Assembly: GCA_046590225.1 (NCBI GenBank)
Contig: JBKJVI010000086.1
Location: 35,755-99,754 of the forward strand
Reading direction: 5' to 3'
Origin: Gaiella sp.
GTDB taxonomy: Bacteria; Actinomycetota; Thermoleophilia; Gaiellales; Gaiellaceae
DNA length: 64,000 bases
A program made the position numbers and the translations under genes. The notes under the pieces are model-generated. The model did not search any database and was not told where the DNA came from. It was given only the letters and a program-made list of their open reading frames with translations. Positions 50,785 to 60,336 of the stretch are shown piece after piece (the stretch's first letter is position 1; each line of letters starts with the position of its first letter).

Positions 50785-51776
50785 GCGACCTCCAGGGGTC
50801 GTGCATCGTCGCCCGGGCCACCGGCAAGCAGGTCGTAGAGGACGGCCATGCGCACGACGAGTCCAGAACGCACCTGCTCGGAGATGAGCGAACGTGCGGA
50901 GTCGGCGACGTCCGGAGCGATCTCGACGCCCCGGTTCATCGGACCCGGGTGCATCACGATCTGGGTCGGGCGTAGTCGCTGCGATGTGACCCCCCACTCC
51001 GCGGCGTACTCGCGCAGCGACGGCACGTAGGCAGCTCCCGCGTCCATTCGCTCCCGTTGCATGCGCAGGACGTAGACGACGTCCGCCGCCTCGATGTCGG
51101 CGATGTCCGTCGAGACCTCGCACCCGAGCGACTCGACGCCGCGCGGGATGAGCGTCGGCGGGCCGACGAGCGTCGCCCTCGCGCCCACGAGCGCAAGCGC
51201 CTGAATGAGCGACCGCGCAACCCGCGAATGCAGCACATCACCGACGATCGCCACATGAAGCCCATCGAGCCGACCCAGCGCCTCGCGCATCGTGTACAGG
51301 TCGAGGAGAGCCTGCGTGGGATGTTGATGCTTCCCGTCGCCGGCGTTGACGATGTGCGCGTGTGTCACGTTCGCGACGAACTCGGGCGCACCGATGTGCG
51401 GATGGCGGATTACGATCACGTCCGGGTCGTACTCGGCGAGCGTCAGCGCGGTGTCCTTCAACGATTCACCCTTGTCGACGGATGACCCCGACGAGCGAAG
51501 CGCCATCGTGTCGGCCGAGAGTCGCTTCGCCGCCAGGTCGAAGCTCGACAGGGTCCGGGTCGAGGACTCGTAGAACAGATTGACAACGAGTCGGCCCCGA
51601 AGGGCGGGCAGCTTCTTGACCTCGCGGTCGAGGGAGCGCGCGATCGTCGTGGCAGTCCCGAGAAGGCGCTCGACGGCGTTGCGATCGAGATCGGAGATCG
51701 CGAGCAGATGGCGCCGCGGCGGTGGCGGGTCGCCTTCGCGGGCGACGCGGAGGGGTGCGGTCGTGAGCTCAGTCAT
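50781..51776 (-). CDS. pyrB: aspartate carbamoyltransferase catalytic subunit
   Basis: FYESSTRT, NAGDGKHQHPTQALLD, HSRVARS, MHPGPMNRG. Confidence 0.96.
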   Translation of the reverse strand: MTELTTAPLRVAREGDPPPPRRHLLAISDLDRNAVERLLGTATTIARSLDREVKKLPALRGRLVVNLFYESSTRTLSSFDLAAKRLSADTMALRSSGSSVDKGESLKDTALTLAEYDPDVIVIRHPHIGAPEFVANVTHAHIVNAGDGKHQHPTQALLDLYTMREALGRLDGLHVAIVGDVLHSRVARSLIQALALVGARATLVGPPTLIPRGVESLGCEVSTDIADIEAADVVYVLRMQRERMDAGAAYVPSLREYAAEWGVTSQRLRPTQIVMHPGPMNRGVEIAPDVADSARSLISEQVRSGLVVRMAVLYDLLAGGPGDDARPLEVA

Positions 51777-52353
51777 CGTCGCCCCCGGCAAGCAGGACGC
51801 GGTCCTGTCCGTCGATCTCGGCCAACTCCACGCTGACGCGCTCCCGACTCGAGGTGGGAACGTTCTTGCCGACGTAGTCGGGGCGAATCGGCAACTCGCG
51901 ATGGCCGCGGTCGATCAGCACGGCAAGCTGAACACGCGCGGGCCTTCCGTACTCGAGGAGTGCATCGATCGCCGCGCGAATCGTGCGGCCGGTGTAGAGG
52001 ACGTCGTCGACGAGAACGACGGTCTTGCCTTCGAGGACGAAGTCGAGCTCGGTGCCGCGGACGAGCGGCTGGGCGTGGAGCGGCGATCCGCCGCCACGGG
52101 CAAGGACGTCGTCGCGATGGAACGTGATATCGACCGCCCCGGTGTCGACCGAGATGCCCGATCGTTCCGCGACGAGGCCACGCAGCCGGTCCGCAATCGG
52201 GACACCGCGCGTGTGGATACCGACGAGCGCGAGCTGTCCGAGATCGGCGTTGCGCTCGATCAGCTCATGCGCCATCCGCGAGAGCGTCCGCACGAGGGCC
52301 GCGTCGTCGAGCAGAATCTTGGGCGCCGTCTGGCCCGGGACGTGCATATTCAC
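51769..52353 (-). CDS. pyrR: pyr operon regulator / uracil phosphoribosyltransferase
   Basis: GIHTRG, DITFHRDD, LVDDVLYTGRTIRAA, DRGHRELPIRPDYVGKN. Confidence 0.95.
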   Translation of the reverse strand: MNMHVPGQTAPKILLDDAALVRTLSRMAHELIERNADLGQLALVGIHTRGVPIADRLRGLVAERSGISVDTGAVDITFHRDDVLARGGGSPLHAQPLVRGTELDFVLEGKTVVLVDDVLYTGRTIRAAIDALLEYGRPARVQLAVLIDRGHRELPIRPDYVGKNVPTSSRERVSVELAEIDGQDRVLLAGGDDD

Positions 52354-52359
52354 CGTGCT

Positions 52360-52391
52360 CCTTTCCGGCCTCTCCGTGCCGGTTTAAAGGG
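52360..52391 (-). promoter_or_regulatory. PyrR-binding RNA hairpin overlapping pyrR RBS
   Basis: Minus strand CCCTTTAAA CCGG CACGGAGAGG CCGG AAAGG: CUUUAA element plus GAGAGG loop; 3' arm carries the AAAGGAG Shine-Dalgarno. Confidence 0.75.
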
Positions 52392-52488
52392 TCCGGAGGC
52401 AGTGTACAGCACCGGTTTGACGGCGAGCTTCCGCGGGTACCCTCGACTCGGGCGAACAGTGCGTCACCGGCCGGAACGAGGTGCCTCA

Positions 52489-54510
52489 GTGAGTCGCAGC
52501 GTGCAGAATCGAATGTGGACGGCGTTGCCGATCATCGCCGTCGTGTTCGCATCTGCCGTTCTACGCATTGTCGCCTCGAGATCGCTCGAGGCGCCGTGGA
52601 TCGCGCCGGACGAGATGATCTACGGGCTGCTCGGACGATCACTGTGGGAGACCGGTCACGGTTCGTTGCTCGGCCAGCCGGCGCCGTTCTACGGCGGCTA
52701 CCCACTTCTCGTCGGCCTTCCACTGCATCTGTTGGGCGTCGCCACGGCCGTCGCGGCGATCCAGGTCGGTCAGGCGATCCTGATGTCGCTTGCGGCAGCC
52801 GGCGTCTGGGCGTGGGCCCGCCCACTCGCGGGTAGTGGCTGGGCCTTCGCTGCTGCCGCACTGACCGCGTGCCTGCCCGCGCTCGCCTACAGCGGACTGT
52901 TGATGAGTGAGGCAGCGTTCCTTCCGGCAGCGACGTTGGCGCTGTGGCTGACGGCGCGCACGATCGCCCGGCCGTCTCCGGGACGGCAGGCGGCGCTGTT
53001 CGGCGCTCTCGTGCTCGCGACTGCGGCGCGGCTCCAGGGGGTGATCCTCGTGCCGATCCTCGTAACGGCAGCACTTCTCGCCGCGTGGTTTGCGCGCGAC
53101 CGCCGGGTGATTGCACGCCTCAGCCTGACCTGGGCAAGCCTCGGAGTGCTCGCGGTGTCGTGGATTGCCGTCCGACTCGTTGCGGGCGCGGACGTCTCGA
53201 GCGTGTTTGGCGCCTACAGCGGCACACTCGGCGCCAGTTACGACCCTGGCGCCGTAGCCCGCTTCGTCTTCTACCACGTCGGGGACATCTTTCTTCTCGT
53301 CCTGGGGATCCCCCTCGTGGCGCTCGGGGTACTCGGGTACGGTGCCGCCCGGGGCCGCGAGAGTGACGCCGGCGTACGGACACTCACCGCAGTGTCGCTC
53401 GCTGCAGCGTTCTGGTTGCCGCTTCAGGTGGGGGTGTTTGCGTCGCGCTACGTCGGGCAGCTGGCCGAGCGCGACCTGATTGTCGTTGCGCCACCACTGT
53501 TCATCTGCCTCGCGGTCTGGCTTGCGCGCGGCATCCCTCGCTCTCAGCCGTCGACCTCGATCATCGCGTTTGCGATCGCAGTTCCCGCCGTGCTTCTCCC
53601 CGTCCGCACGCTCGCGACTCCCTTCGCGGCCCCAGACGCCTTCATGATCCTGCCGATCCACCAACTGCTCGAGGCCACATCGGCGCAGATCGTCGAGGTC
53701 TCCTGGATGCTGTTCGCCGTCGTCCTGGTTGCGATCGCAATCACGATCCCCCGGCGAGTCGCGGTGCTAATCCCCGTGATGATGGGACTCGGTCTCATGG
53801 CCGCCTCCGTTCTCGCGTCCTCCGAGATCACGAGACTCGCGCGCAGCGACAATGATCGTTTCTTCGGTAACGCCCGGCGAACCTGGGTGAACGATGTCGC
53901 CACCGAGCCGGTCACGTACCTGTACGACGGCAGCGTGTACTGGAACGCCGTCTGGAAGACGGCATTCTGGAATGACCGGATTCGGCGCGTCGTGAGCTTG
54001 CCCGGCCCGTCGGTCGTCCCACTTCCCGACGCGATCGTCGTGTCACGGTTCGACGGTGCGCTCGTCACTGAACAGGGAGTGAGGCTAGGAGGCCGTCGAA
54101 TCGTCGCCTCGACCGCATTCACGTTCGTCGGCGAGCCTCTGGCCGAGATCGCGCAGAGAGACCTCGACCAGGCCGGCCTGCGGCTCTGGAGCACACCCGG
54201 GCCGCCGCGACTCTCGACCTGGACCACAGGGCTGAAGCCGAACGGCGACATCGTCCAGCCGATCCGGGTCGTCGTCTACAGCTGCGGGCCGGGGCGCCTC
54301 GAGCTCACACTACTCGGGAAGCAGGGCACACCCGTCGAGATAGATCTCGACCGGATGCCGACGGCGCGCGTGCCGCTCGCGTCGGGAGGCGTCTGGAACG
54401 GCGCCGTCGCGACGCCGACGAACGCAGACGGCAAGCGGGTATGCATCTTCGAGATCCGGAGCGCGGGTCTCGTCGGCTCGACGAGGATCGCGTTCGTCAG
54501 GGGTCGGTAG
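52489..54510 (+). CDS. polytopic membrane protein, probable GT-C glycosyltransferase with C-terminal extracytoplasmic domain
   Basis: PWIAPDEMIY (DE motif after TM1), many hydrophobic helices, SE and ERD motifs, soluble C-terminus. Confidence 0.65.
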   Translation: MSRSVQNRMWTALPIIAVVFASAVLRIVASRSLEAPWIAPDEMIYGLLGRSLWETGHGSLLGQPAPFYGGYPLLVGLPLHLLGVATAVAAIQVGQAILMSLAAAGVWAWARPLAGSGWAFAAAALTACLPALAYSGLLMSEAAFLPAATLALWLTARTIARPSPGRQAALFGALVLATAARLQGVILVPILVTAALLAAWFARDRRVIARLSLTWASLGVLAVSWIAVRLVAGADVSSVFGAYSGTLGASYDPGAVARFVFYHVGDIFLLVLGIPLVALGVLGYGAARGRESDAGVRTLTAVSLAAAFWLPLQVGVFASRYVGQLAERDLIVVAPPLFICLAVWLARGIPRSQPSTSIIAFAIAVPAVLLPVRTLATPFAAPDAFMILPIHQLLEATSAQIVEVSWMLFAVVLVAIAITIPRRVAVLIPVMMGLGLMAASVLASSEITRLARSDNDRFFGNARRTWVNDVATEPVTYLYDGSVYWNAVWKTAFWNDRIRRVVSLPGPSVVPLPDAIVVSRFDGALVTEQGVRLGGRRIVASTAFTFVGEPLAEIAQRDLDQAGLRLWSTPGPPRLSTWTTGLKPNGDIVQPIRVVVYSCGPGRLELTLLGKQGTPVEIDLDRMPTARVPLASGGVWNGAVATPTNADGKRVCIFEIRSAGLVGSTRIAFVRGR

Positions 54511-54513
54511 CGG

Positions 54514-55263
54514 CTACGCCCGAGCGTGGCCGACCACGACGAGCCGGCAGAGCCGCTGGATGACGACGTCGGGGAGTTCTCGTTCCGCTCGCGCTGTGCC
54601 CTCCGCGAGCTCCTCCGCCGGCAGGAGATCGAAAGTGGAGATATGTCGTCCGCGAATCCGTGAGAGGGCGTCATCGCGTCCTATGGTCGCCTCGGTGACG
54701 ACCAGCTGCTGCTTGAATCGTGGGAACCCGGCCCGCGCCAGCTCGAGCTGCATGGTCTCCGGGTTGGGGAACCGCCGCAGGTCGATCTCCCGGATCGAGG
54801 GAAAGTACGGGTTGAGCCAGTAGGAGTCGAAGTGATCGGGGTGGAAGGTGATGATCGCGATCCGCCCATCGTCCTGCACCACGCGTCGGGCCTCCGACAG
54901 GGCATCCGACCGGTTGAGGAGATGAAGGACGAGCGACATCGTGACCCGATCGAACCAACCGTCGCGAAACGGGAGCCGTTCCGCATCTCCCCGACGCACG
55001 CCGATGTCGGCCGGAAGCTTCTGACGGGCGACGTCCACCATCTGGGCACTCGAGTCGATGGCCCACACCTTCGCTCGCGCTTCGCTGCGCAACGCCTCGG
55101 CGAGTCGGCCGGTACCACATCCCACGTCGAGGACCCGTCGACCGCGCAGGTCACCGAGTTCGACCAGGTGCCCGAACGCCTCCCACCAGCTTGCGTCCGT
55201 CGGCCGAAGCGTGTCGTAGATCGCGGCGCGGGCGCCGAAGTCCGGCGCCCCGTCGGTCGTCAT
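54514..55263 (-). CDS. class I SAM-dependent methyltransferase
   Basis: VLDVGCGTG, GDAERLPFRDGWFD. Confidence 0.88.
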   Translation of the reverse strand: MTTDGAPDFGARAAIYDTLRPTDASWWEAFGHLVELGDLRGRRVLDVGCGTGRLAEALRSEARAKVWAIDSSAQMVDVARQKLPADIGVRRGDAERLPFRDGWFDRVTMSLVLHLLNRSDALSEARRVVQDDGRIAIITFHPDHFDSYWLNPYFPSIREIDLRRFPNPETMQLELARAGFPRFKQQLVVTEATIGRDDALSRIRGRHISTFDLLPAEELAEGTARAERELPDVVIQRLCRLVVVGHARA

Positions 55264-56246
55264 GTCTCGATGGCCGGGGCGTCCGCCGGCGGTCGCCTCG
55301 GGCGGGCACCTCGCTGAATCAGTACAGGCTCGCCGCGCTCCGAGAAGGGGATCGCGACAATGTCGAAATCGCTCGGGACAACGGTGTTCGGAAAGAGCTG
55401 CCGCGCCTCGTCACCGGCCTCGCGCCCGAAGTACCGGTTCGAGACGTGAGTGAGTGCAAGCATCTTGACACCGGCCTCCCGTGCTACGAGTGCTGCCTGC
55501 CCCGCCGTCGAATGGCCGGTCTCCTTTGCTCGTTGGAGCTCGTCCGCGCAGAACGTCGCCTCGTGGACGAGGAGATCGGCGCCCTCCGCAGCCGAAACGA
55601 CGGTCGCACACGGGGCGGTGTCGCCTGTGAGCGCGACGAGGCGTGCAGGGCGCTCCACTCCGAGCACCTGGTTGGGATGGATTGTCTCACCGGATTCGAG
55701 CGTCACGGGGTCACCGCCCTGGAGAGCGCCGCGCTCCCACCCGGGCGGCACGCCGAGTGCGTCTGCCGTTGCGACGTCGAACCGCCCGGGCCGAATCGCC
55801 TCGGCGAGCAGGTACCCGACGGCCTGCGTTCGATGGTCGACGGCGAACGCGCGGATCTCGTAGTCGCTGTGTGCGATCACGTCTCCCGGTCCGATCTCGA
55901 CCGCCTCGACCGGGTAGGTGAGGTTGCCGAAGACGCGCCGGAGCGCCGCGAGCATGTCCCGGAGTCCGCTCGGCCCGTACAGGATGAGCGGCACCTCGCG
56001 ACCTCGAAGGGCGAACGTCTTGAGCATCCCGGGCAGGCCGAGGTAGTGATCGGCGTGGAGGTGCGTGAGGAAGATCTCCTCCAGATCGACCAGCCCGACA
56101 TCCGAGCGAAGCAGCTGCCGCTGGGTGCCCTCCCCGCAGTCGAAAAGCAGGCGGTCACCGCCGCGCCTGAAGAGCGTCGCCGAGGTGGCGCGCTTGGCGG
56201 TGGGAGCCGAACCCGACGTCCCGAGGAACACGACGTCCAGATCCAC
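55260..56246 (-). CDS. rnz: ribonuclease Z
   Basis: FLGTSG, FDCGEGTQRQ, THLHADH, GDT, HEATF, GHST, LTHVS. Confidence 0.95.
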   Translation of the reverse strand: MDLDVVFLGTSGSAPTAKRATSATLFRRGGDRLLFDCGEGTQRQLLRSDVGLVDLEEIFLTHLHADHYLGLPGMLKTFALRGREVPLILYGPSGLRDMLAALRRVFGNLTYPVEAVEIGPGDVIAHSDYEIRAFAVDHRTQAVGYLLAEAIRPGRFDVATADALGVPPGWERGALQGGDPVTLESGETIHPNQVLGVERPARLVALTGDTAPCATVVSAAEGADLLVHEATFCADELQRAKETGHSTAGQAALVAREAGVKMLALTHVSNRYFGREAGDEARQLFPNTVVPSDFDIVAIPFSERGEPVLIQRGARPRRPPADAPAIET

Positions 56247-56289
56247 GGGTCAGCAGTCTAGCGGGGACGTTACTACCGCCCCCAACCGG

Positions 56290-56529
56290 CTACGGGAGAC
56301 GCAGAACCTGACCCGGCGCGATCGTCGACCCGCCGAGGTGATTCGCATCTCGGAGCTTCCAGACTCCCTCGCGCGGATCGCCGCGGTAGGACGACGCAGC
56401 GATCGACCAGAGGGTGTCGCCTGCCTCCACCCGATACGACCGGGCCGACCCGCCGGCATCCGAATCGCGAGCAAGAAGCGCCCACATCGCGACGGCGACG
56501 AGAGAAACGAGAATGATTCTTCCGAACAT
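56290..56529 (-). CDS. TM+LysM protein, YneA/ChiZ-like
   Basis: N-terminal hydrophobic helix; YRVEAGDTLWSIA..PGQVLRLP; two SOS boxes upstream. Confidence 0.82.
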   Translation of the reverse strand: MFGRIILVSLVAVAMWALLARDSDAGGSARSYRVEAGDTLWSIAASSYRGDPREGVWKLRDANHLGGSTIAPGQVLRLP

Positions 56530-56567
56530 ATGTTCGTCATCATGCACGAACACGCGTTCGCTGTCAA
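56523..56567 (-). promoter_or_regulatory. sigma70 promoter TTGACA-N17-CATGAT with two LexA SOS boxes
   Basis: CGAACATATGTTCG (56523-56536, over the ATG) and CGAACACGCGTTCG (56547-56560, in the spacer); both GAAC-N4-GTTC. Confidence 0.85.
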
Positions 56568-56581
56568 GGACGAGCGGAAAT

Positions 56582-58036
56582 CTATCTCACTTGACGCGAG
56601 AACGTCCGCGATCGGAGCGAGCTCGTCTCGGCGACGAGCCGGAGCGCCACCGTCACGGGCGCGAGCCTTCCTTCGCGCCGGAACACGAACGTCGCCGGCC
56701 GACCCGGGACGATCTTGCCGCCGAGGCACCCGGGGCTCTTCGCAGTCCGACGCACCATCTCGGTGGTGGCTGCGATGCCCCCGAGGCCGCCGGGAAGGAG
56801 GCAGGCGACCGCGTCAGCGCCCTCAGCTGCGGAGGCGGCGACCTGAATCATCCGACGACCTTCGATCCGCCAGTTGGGCATCTCTGCACCGATCACCCGC
56901 TTGGCCGGGTACCACGCCCGCGTCGGCGCGGTGCAGCCCGGCTCCGTGTCCGTGATCGCCGACTGCACCGCGGCGGCCGAGGCGCGCGGCGTACCGTCGA
57001 CGCGATGGAGTGCCGACTGGAAGCCGTTCCGTTCGATGTTGTCGTAGAAGCCGAAGAAATTCAGCTCGGCGACGTGCGGGTCACACGCGACGTCGCGCAC
57101 GAGCGCCCCGTAGATCGAGGCCTGAGAACCTTCGTCCGTGACGGAAACGTTCTCGACGCCCGAGTAACCGAGCAGTCCCTCGGTGTCGACCTGCCAGCCG
57201 ACCTCGTCGAGGTAGAGCCGCAAGCCGTTCACGGTCGTCGGCTGGGCCGTGTCGCGGAAGGCATCCCAGACGGTCTGCTTGATCCGGTCCAGGTCGATGA
57301 ATCCGGCGTTCGGCCAGCTGTAGCCACGGTCGAGCCCGTCGGTGGCCCTGGCCGGATACGGATGGAAGCTGAGACCGTCCATGAGCGGCTCAGTCCGACC
57401 ACTCCTGCGATACCAGGCGCCGAGTGCTGCGAGGAACCGCACGGGCGAGGTCGAGACGTTGTTCGGAGCCGTCGGAAGATCGTTGCCGCGTGGTGAGAGC
57501 CCGAGGCCGATCACACGGATCGTCGGGTCGACGGTCTTGAGCGCGTCGTACCCGGCCGCGAGGAAGGCACCGGCGACCGCGGCAGAGGAGTTCTTGCCAT
57601 TCGCCCGGAACTGCGGGCGAAGGAAGGCCGGCTGATTTGGCTCGTTCATGACGACGAACTGCTTGACGGTCGGGTAGCGCTGCGCAATCGCCGCCAGCCA
57701 TGTAGCGAACCCGGTCGGGTCAGCGAGCCCGTCCTCGAGCTCACGTGGCGGATACGGGTAGACGGCGAGCACGACGCGAAGGCCGGCCCGTTCCGCCTCC
57801 GGGATCGCACGATCGAGGGCGTCCTCGTCCTGAATCACGAGCGGCTCACTCGGAATCCAGCGGGTCGTCATGACCGACTGCTTGAGCTTCAGCCCCGCCA
57901 TCTGTGCGAAGAACACCGTGCCCGAGTCGGAGGCCCACTTGCCGGTGTCGTCATTGGCCCCGACGTCGGCCGCGGGCGCAGCTCCCGCTACTGCGAGACC
58001 CGCCGCTGCCACGACCACTGCCACAGTTCTTCGCAC
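56582..58036 (-). CDS. secreted clan GH-A glycoside hydrolase-like protein
   Basis: Signal peptide ending APA-A; MNEPNQ acid/base, FHPYP, LDEVGWQ nucleophile. Confidence 0.7.
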   Translation of the reverse strand: MRRTVAVVVAAAGLAVAGAAPAADVGANDDTGKWASDSGTVFFAQMAGLKLKQSVMTTRWIPSEPLVIQDEDALDRAIPEAERAGLRVVLAVYPYPPRELEDGLADPTGFATWLAAIAQRYPTVKQFVVMNEPNQPAFLRPQFRANGKNSSAAVAGAFLAAGYDALKTVDPTIRVIGLGLSPRGNDLPTAPNNVSTSPVRFLAALGAWYRRSGRTEPLMDGLSFHPYPARATDGLDRGYSWPNAGFIDLDRIKQTVWDAFRDTAQPTTVNGLRLYLDEVGWQVDTEGLLGYSGVENVSVTDEGSQASIYGALVRDVACDPHVAELNFFGFYDNIERNGFQSALHRVDGTPRASAAAVQSAITDTEPGCTAPTRAWYPAKRVIGAEMPNWRIEGRRMIQVAASAAEGADAVACLLPGGLGGIAATTEMVRRTAKSPGCLGGKIVPGRPATFVFRREGRLAPVTVALRLVAETSSLRSRTFSRQVR

Positions 58037-58105
58037 CGAATTCTCCGATTCGCCGTCTGTCGCACCTGTCCTCGGCGCGACCGGGGATTTTAGATGATTG
58101 ATTCT

Positions 58106-59146
58106 CTAGCGACGGGCGAGATGCGCGAGCAACGCGTCGAGCAGCCTCCCGGAGCCGAACCTGACCGGATCGTCGGCGATGAGACCCGTTTCCGCCTCGG
58201 CGGCGGCGATAGCCGCTAGCGCCGCTCCGTCGTCGAGATTGCGGGTGTTCAGGGCAATGCACGCAACCGCGGCGCGTCGGCACGGAAGTGAGATGCGCTC
58301 GTGCAGTTCGACGAGCTCGGCAAGCGGGAGGAGCGGGTGGCCCGGATAGCCGTCGATCTCGACCGCGCCCGCCATGTGACAGAGGACGAATGCGTGCGGT
58401 GCCGAGCCGTGCATGAGGCCCAGCGTCACGCCCGAGTACCCGGGGTGGGACAGCGACCCCTGCCCTTCCACGAGGAGGAGATCTCCCCCACGTCGACCAC
58501 CCTCGACGACGAGTCGCTCGGCCGCGCCCGCGATGAAATCGGCAACCACGGCATCCACGGAGATGCCCCAACCGGCAATCGCGATGCCCGTCTGGCCCGT
58601 CGGGACGAATCGTGCAGAAACACCGCGCGCTTCCGCTTCCCGCGCGAGCTCGAGCGAGACGGTCATCTTCCCGATTGCGCAATCCGATCCCACTGTGAGC
58701 ACGATGTCACCGGGCACATCGAGGTTTGCCCCTGTTGCAACCTCCAGATCGGCCGGCGGGCGACGCAGGTCGCGGAGGATCGCCCCGGACGCCGCTGCGA
58801 GCGGCGCGAGTTCGGGGTCGTCCTCGATGAACTCGTGGAGACCGTTGTCGATCCCGATCCCGTGACCGACACATTGGCGGAGGAGATCCCTCCAGGCGGG
58901 CGGGAACCGGCCACCGACGGTTGCGACACCAACGAGCGCCGCGTCCGGCGAGAACGCCAGCGCGGACTCGACATCGCCGACGATCGGCACATCCCGCTCT
59001 CGCTCATCCACCCGGGTCGAGTCGAGAATGGCGACGACGTCGTCCGCGCCGTAGCGGAGCACACCGTTCATCGTCTTCGCCCAGTGCGGATCGCCCGAGA
59101 AGCCCTCCGCGAGGATCAGCAGCCGTCTCGGGGAGCTATCCGACAC
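58106..59146 (-). CDS. DUF1611 family protein (DgcN-like)
   Basis: AKT..GVLRY, NGLH, VGSDCAIGKMT, TGQTGI, DFIAGAAE, VEGQGSLSHP. Confidence 0.87.
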   Translation of the reverse strand: MSDSSPRRLLILAEGFSGDPHWAKTMNGVLRYGADDVVAILDSTRVDERERDVPIVGDVESALAFSPDAALVGVATVGGRFPPAWRDLLRQCVGHGIGIDNGLHEFIEDDPELAPLAAASGAILRDLRRPPADLEVATGANLDVPGDIVLTVGSDCAIGKMTVSLELAREAEARGVSARFVPTGQTGIAIAGWGISVDAVVADFIAGAAERLVVEGGRRGGDLLLVEGQGSLSHPGYSGVTLGLMHGSAPHAFVLCHMAGAVEIDGYPGHPLLPLAELVELHERISLPCRRAAVACIALNTRNLDDGAALAAIAAAEAETGLIADDPVRFGSGRLLDALLAHLARR

Positions 59147-60140
59147 CGAGGCCCGGCTCCTCCGACGGCACCTGTACACCGTCGATGAATGTCACTCCCG
59201 GACACGGATCCTCCGCAAGGAGAAGGTTGCCGTCGAGATCGACGTGATCACACAGCGGCGCGACAACGCAGCCGGCCGCGATCCCGATCCCCGACTCGAC
59301 CATGCAGCCGAGCATCACACCGAGTCCGAGGGCGCGCGCAGCGTGGGCCATCCTGACTCCCTCGCGGATACCACCCGACTTCGCGAGCTTGATGTTGATC
59401 CCGTGCGCGATCTCGCCACATCGAGCGACATCGGCGAGCGTGTGGCAGTCCTCGTCGACGTAGATCGGGATCGGCGAGCCGTTCTTCAGTTCCTCCCCGC
59501 TGGGGTCGCCCGCAGGCAGCGGCTGCTCGACATAGGCGACACCGAGCTCCGCGAGCTGAGGGATCGCGTCGACAGCTTCGGCGAGCGACCACCACTCGTT
59601 GACGTCGACCTGCAGTGGCAGATTCGTCCGCGAGCGGACGGCGCGTACACGCTCCACGTCGAGACCATCTCCGCCCCCGAGCTTGAGCTTAAGGCGTTTG
59701 AAGCGGCCTTCCACCTTCTCCGTCCGGCGTGCCATGTCGTCGGGGTCACCGAGCCAGATCGTCCACGATGTCGGTGGTCCGATCCGAGGGAGCCCGAGCA
59801 GCTTCCAGACCGGAACACCGAGTAGCTTGCCCTGAAGATCGTGGAGCGCGCCGTCGAGAGCGGCCTTGGCCGCCTGCTCGCCGGGGATCTCAGCCAACCG
59901 CATGCCGATCTGCTCGAGCGCGAACGGATCGTCACCGACGAGGGCGCCGTGCTCCTCGATGAAGGCGAGCGCCGAAGCCGGTGTCTCTTCGTATCGCTCT
60001 ATCGGTGCTGCCTCGCCCCGGCCGACGTGGCCGCCGTAGCTGAGCTCGACCTGGACGACGTCGTCCCAGTCAGTCGACTCCCGTGCGATGGTGAACGTCT
60101 CGGCCAGCGTCAACCGGACGATGTCGGCGCGAATCTCCAT
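59136..60140 (-). CDS. dipeptide epimerase / N-acyl amino acid racemase (enolase superfamily, DgcA-like)
   Basis: KLK, VDVNE, EQP, DE, NIKLAKSGG, GCM, DLD. Confidence 0.87.
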   Translation of the reverse strand: MEIRADIVRLTLAETFTIARESTDWDDVVQVELSYGGHVGRGEAAPIERYEETPASALAFIEEHGALVGDDPFALEQIGMRLAEIPGEQAAKAALDGALHDLQGKLLGVPVWKLLGLPRIGPPTSWTIWLGDPDDMARRTEKVEGRFKRLKLKLGGGDGLDVERVRAVRSRTNLPLQVDVNEWWSLAEAVDAIPQLAELGVAYVEQPLPAGDPSGEELKNGSPIPIYVDEDCHTLADVARCGEIAHGINIKLAKSGGIREGVRMAHAARALGLGVMLGCMVESGIGIAAGCVVAPLCDHVDLDGNLLLAEDPCPGVTFIDGVQVPSEEPGLGVG

Positions 60141-60336
60141 CGGGCAAGACTACTTCGTGGTCGTCCCGAGGAGGTCGGCAACACCTCTCACGGCGATCCG
60201 GTTTGCCCGCGCACTCCCTGAGACGAGTGAGGTAGGCACTGCTCTCCTCGACCGATACGAGGGATGTGGGCTCTGCCGCCGCACGACGTCACCCTTCGCG
60301 CCACGCTTTGCGGGTCTCCGAACGGGCTCGCCCGGA

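Noticed and set aside
58069-58092. TAAA...GCCGAGGA upstream of the GH gene as a sigma28 promoter
   Set aside because: Spacer only 12 nt; TAAAAT fits a sigma70 -10 better
60141-60336. c-di-GMP riboswitch upstream of the MshEN gene
   Set aside because: Only a small hairpin (about 60168-60189); I could not match class I or II consensus by eye; an Rfam scan would settle it
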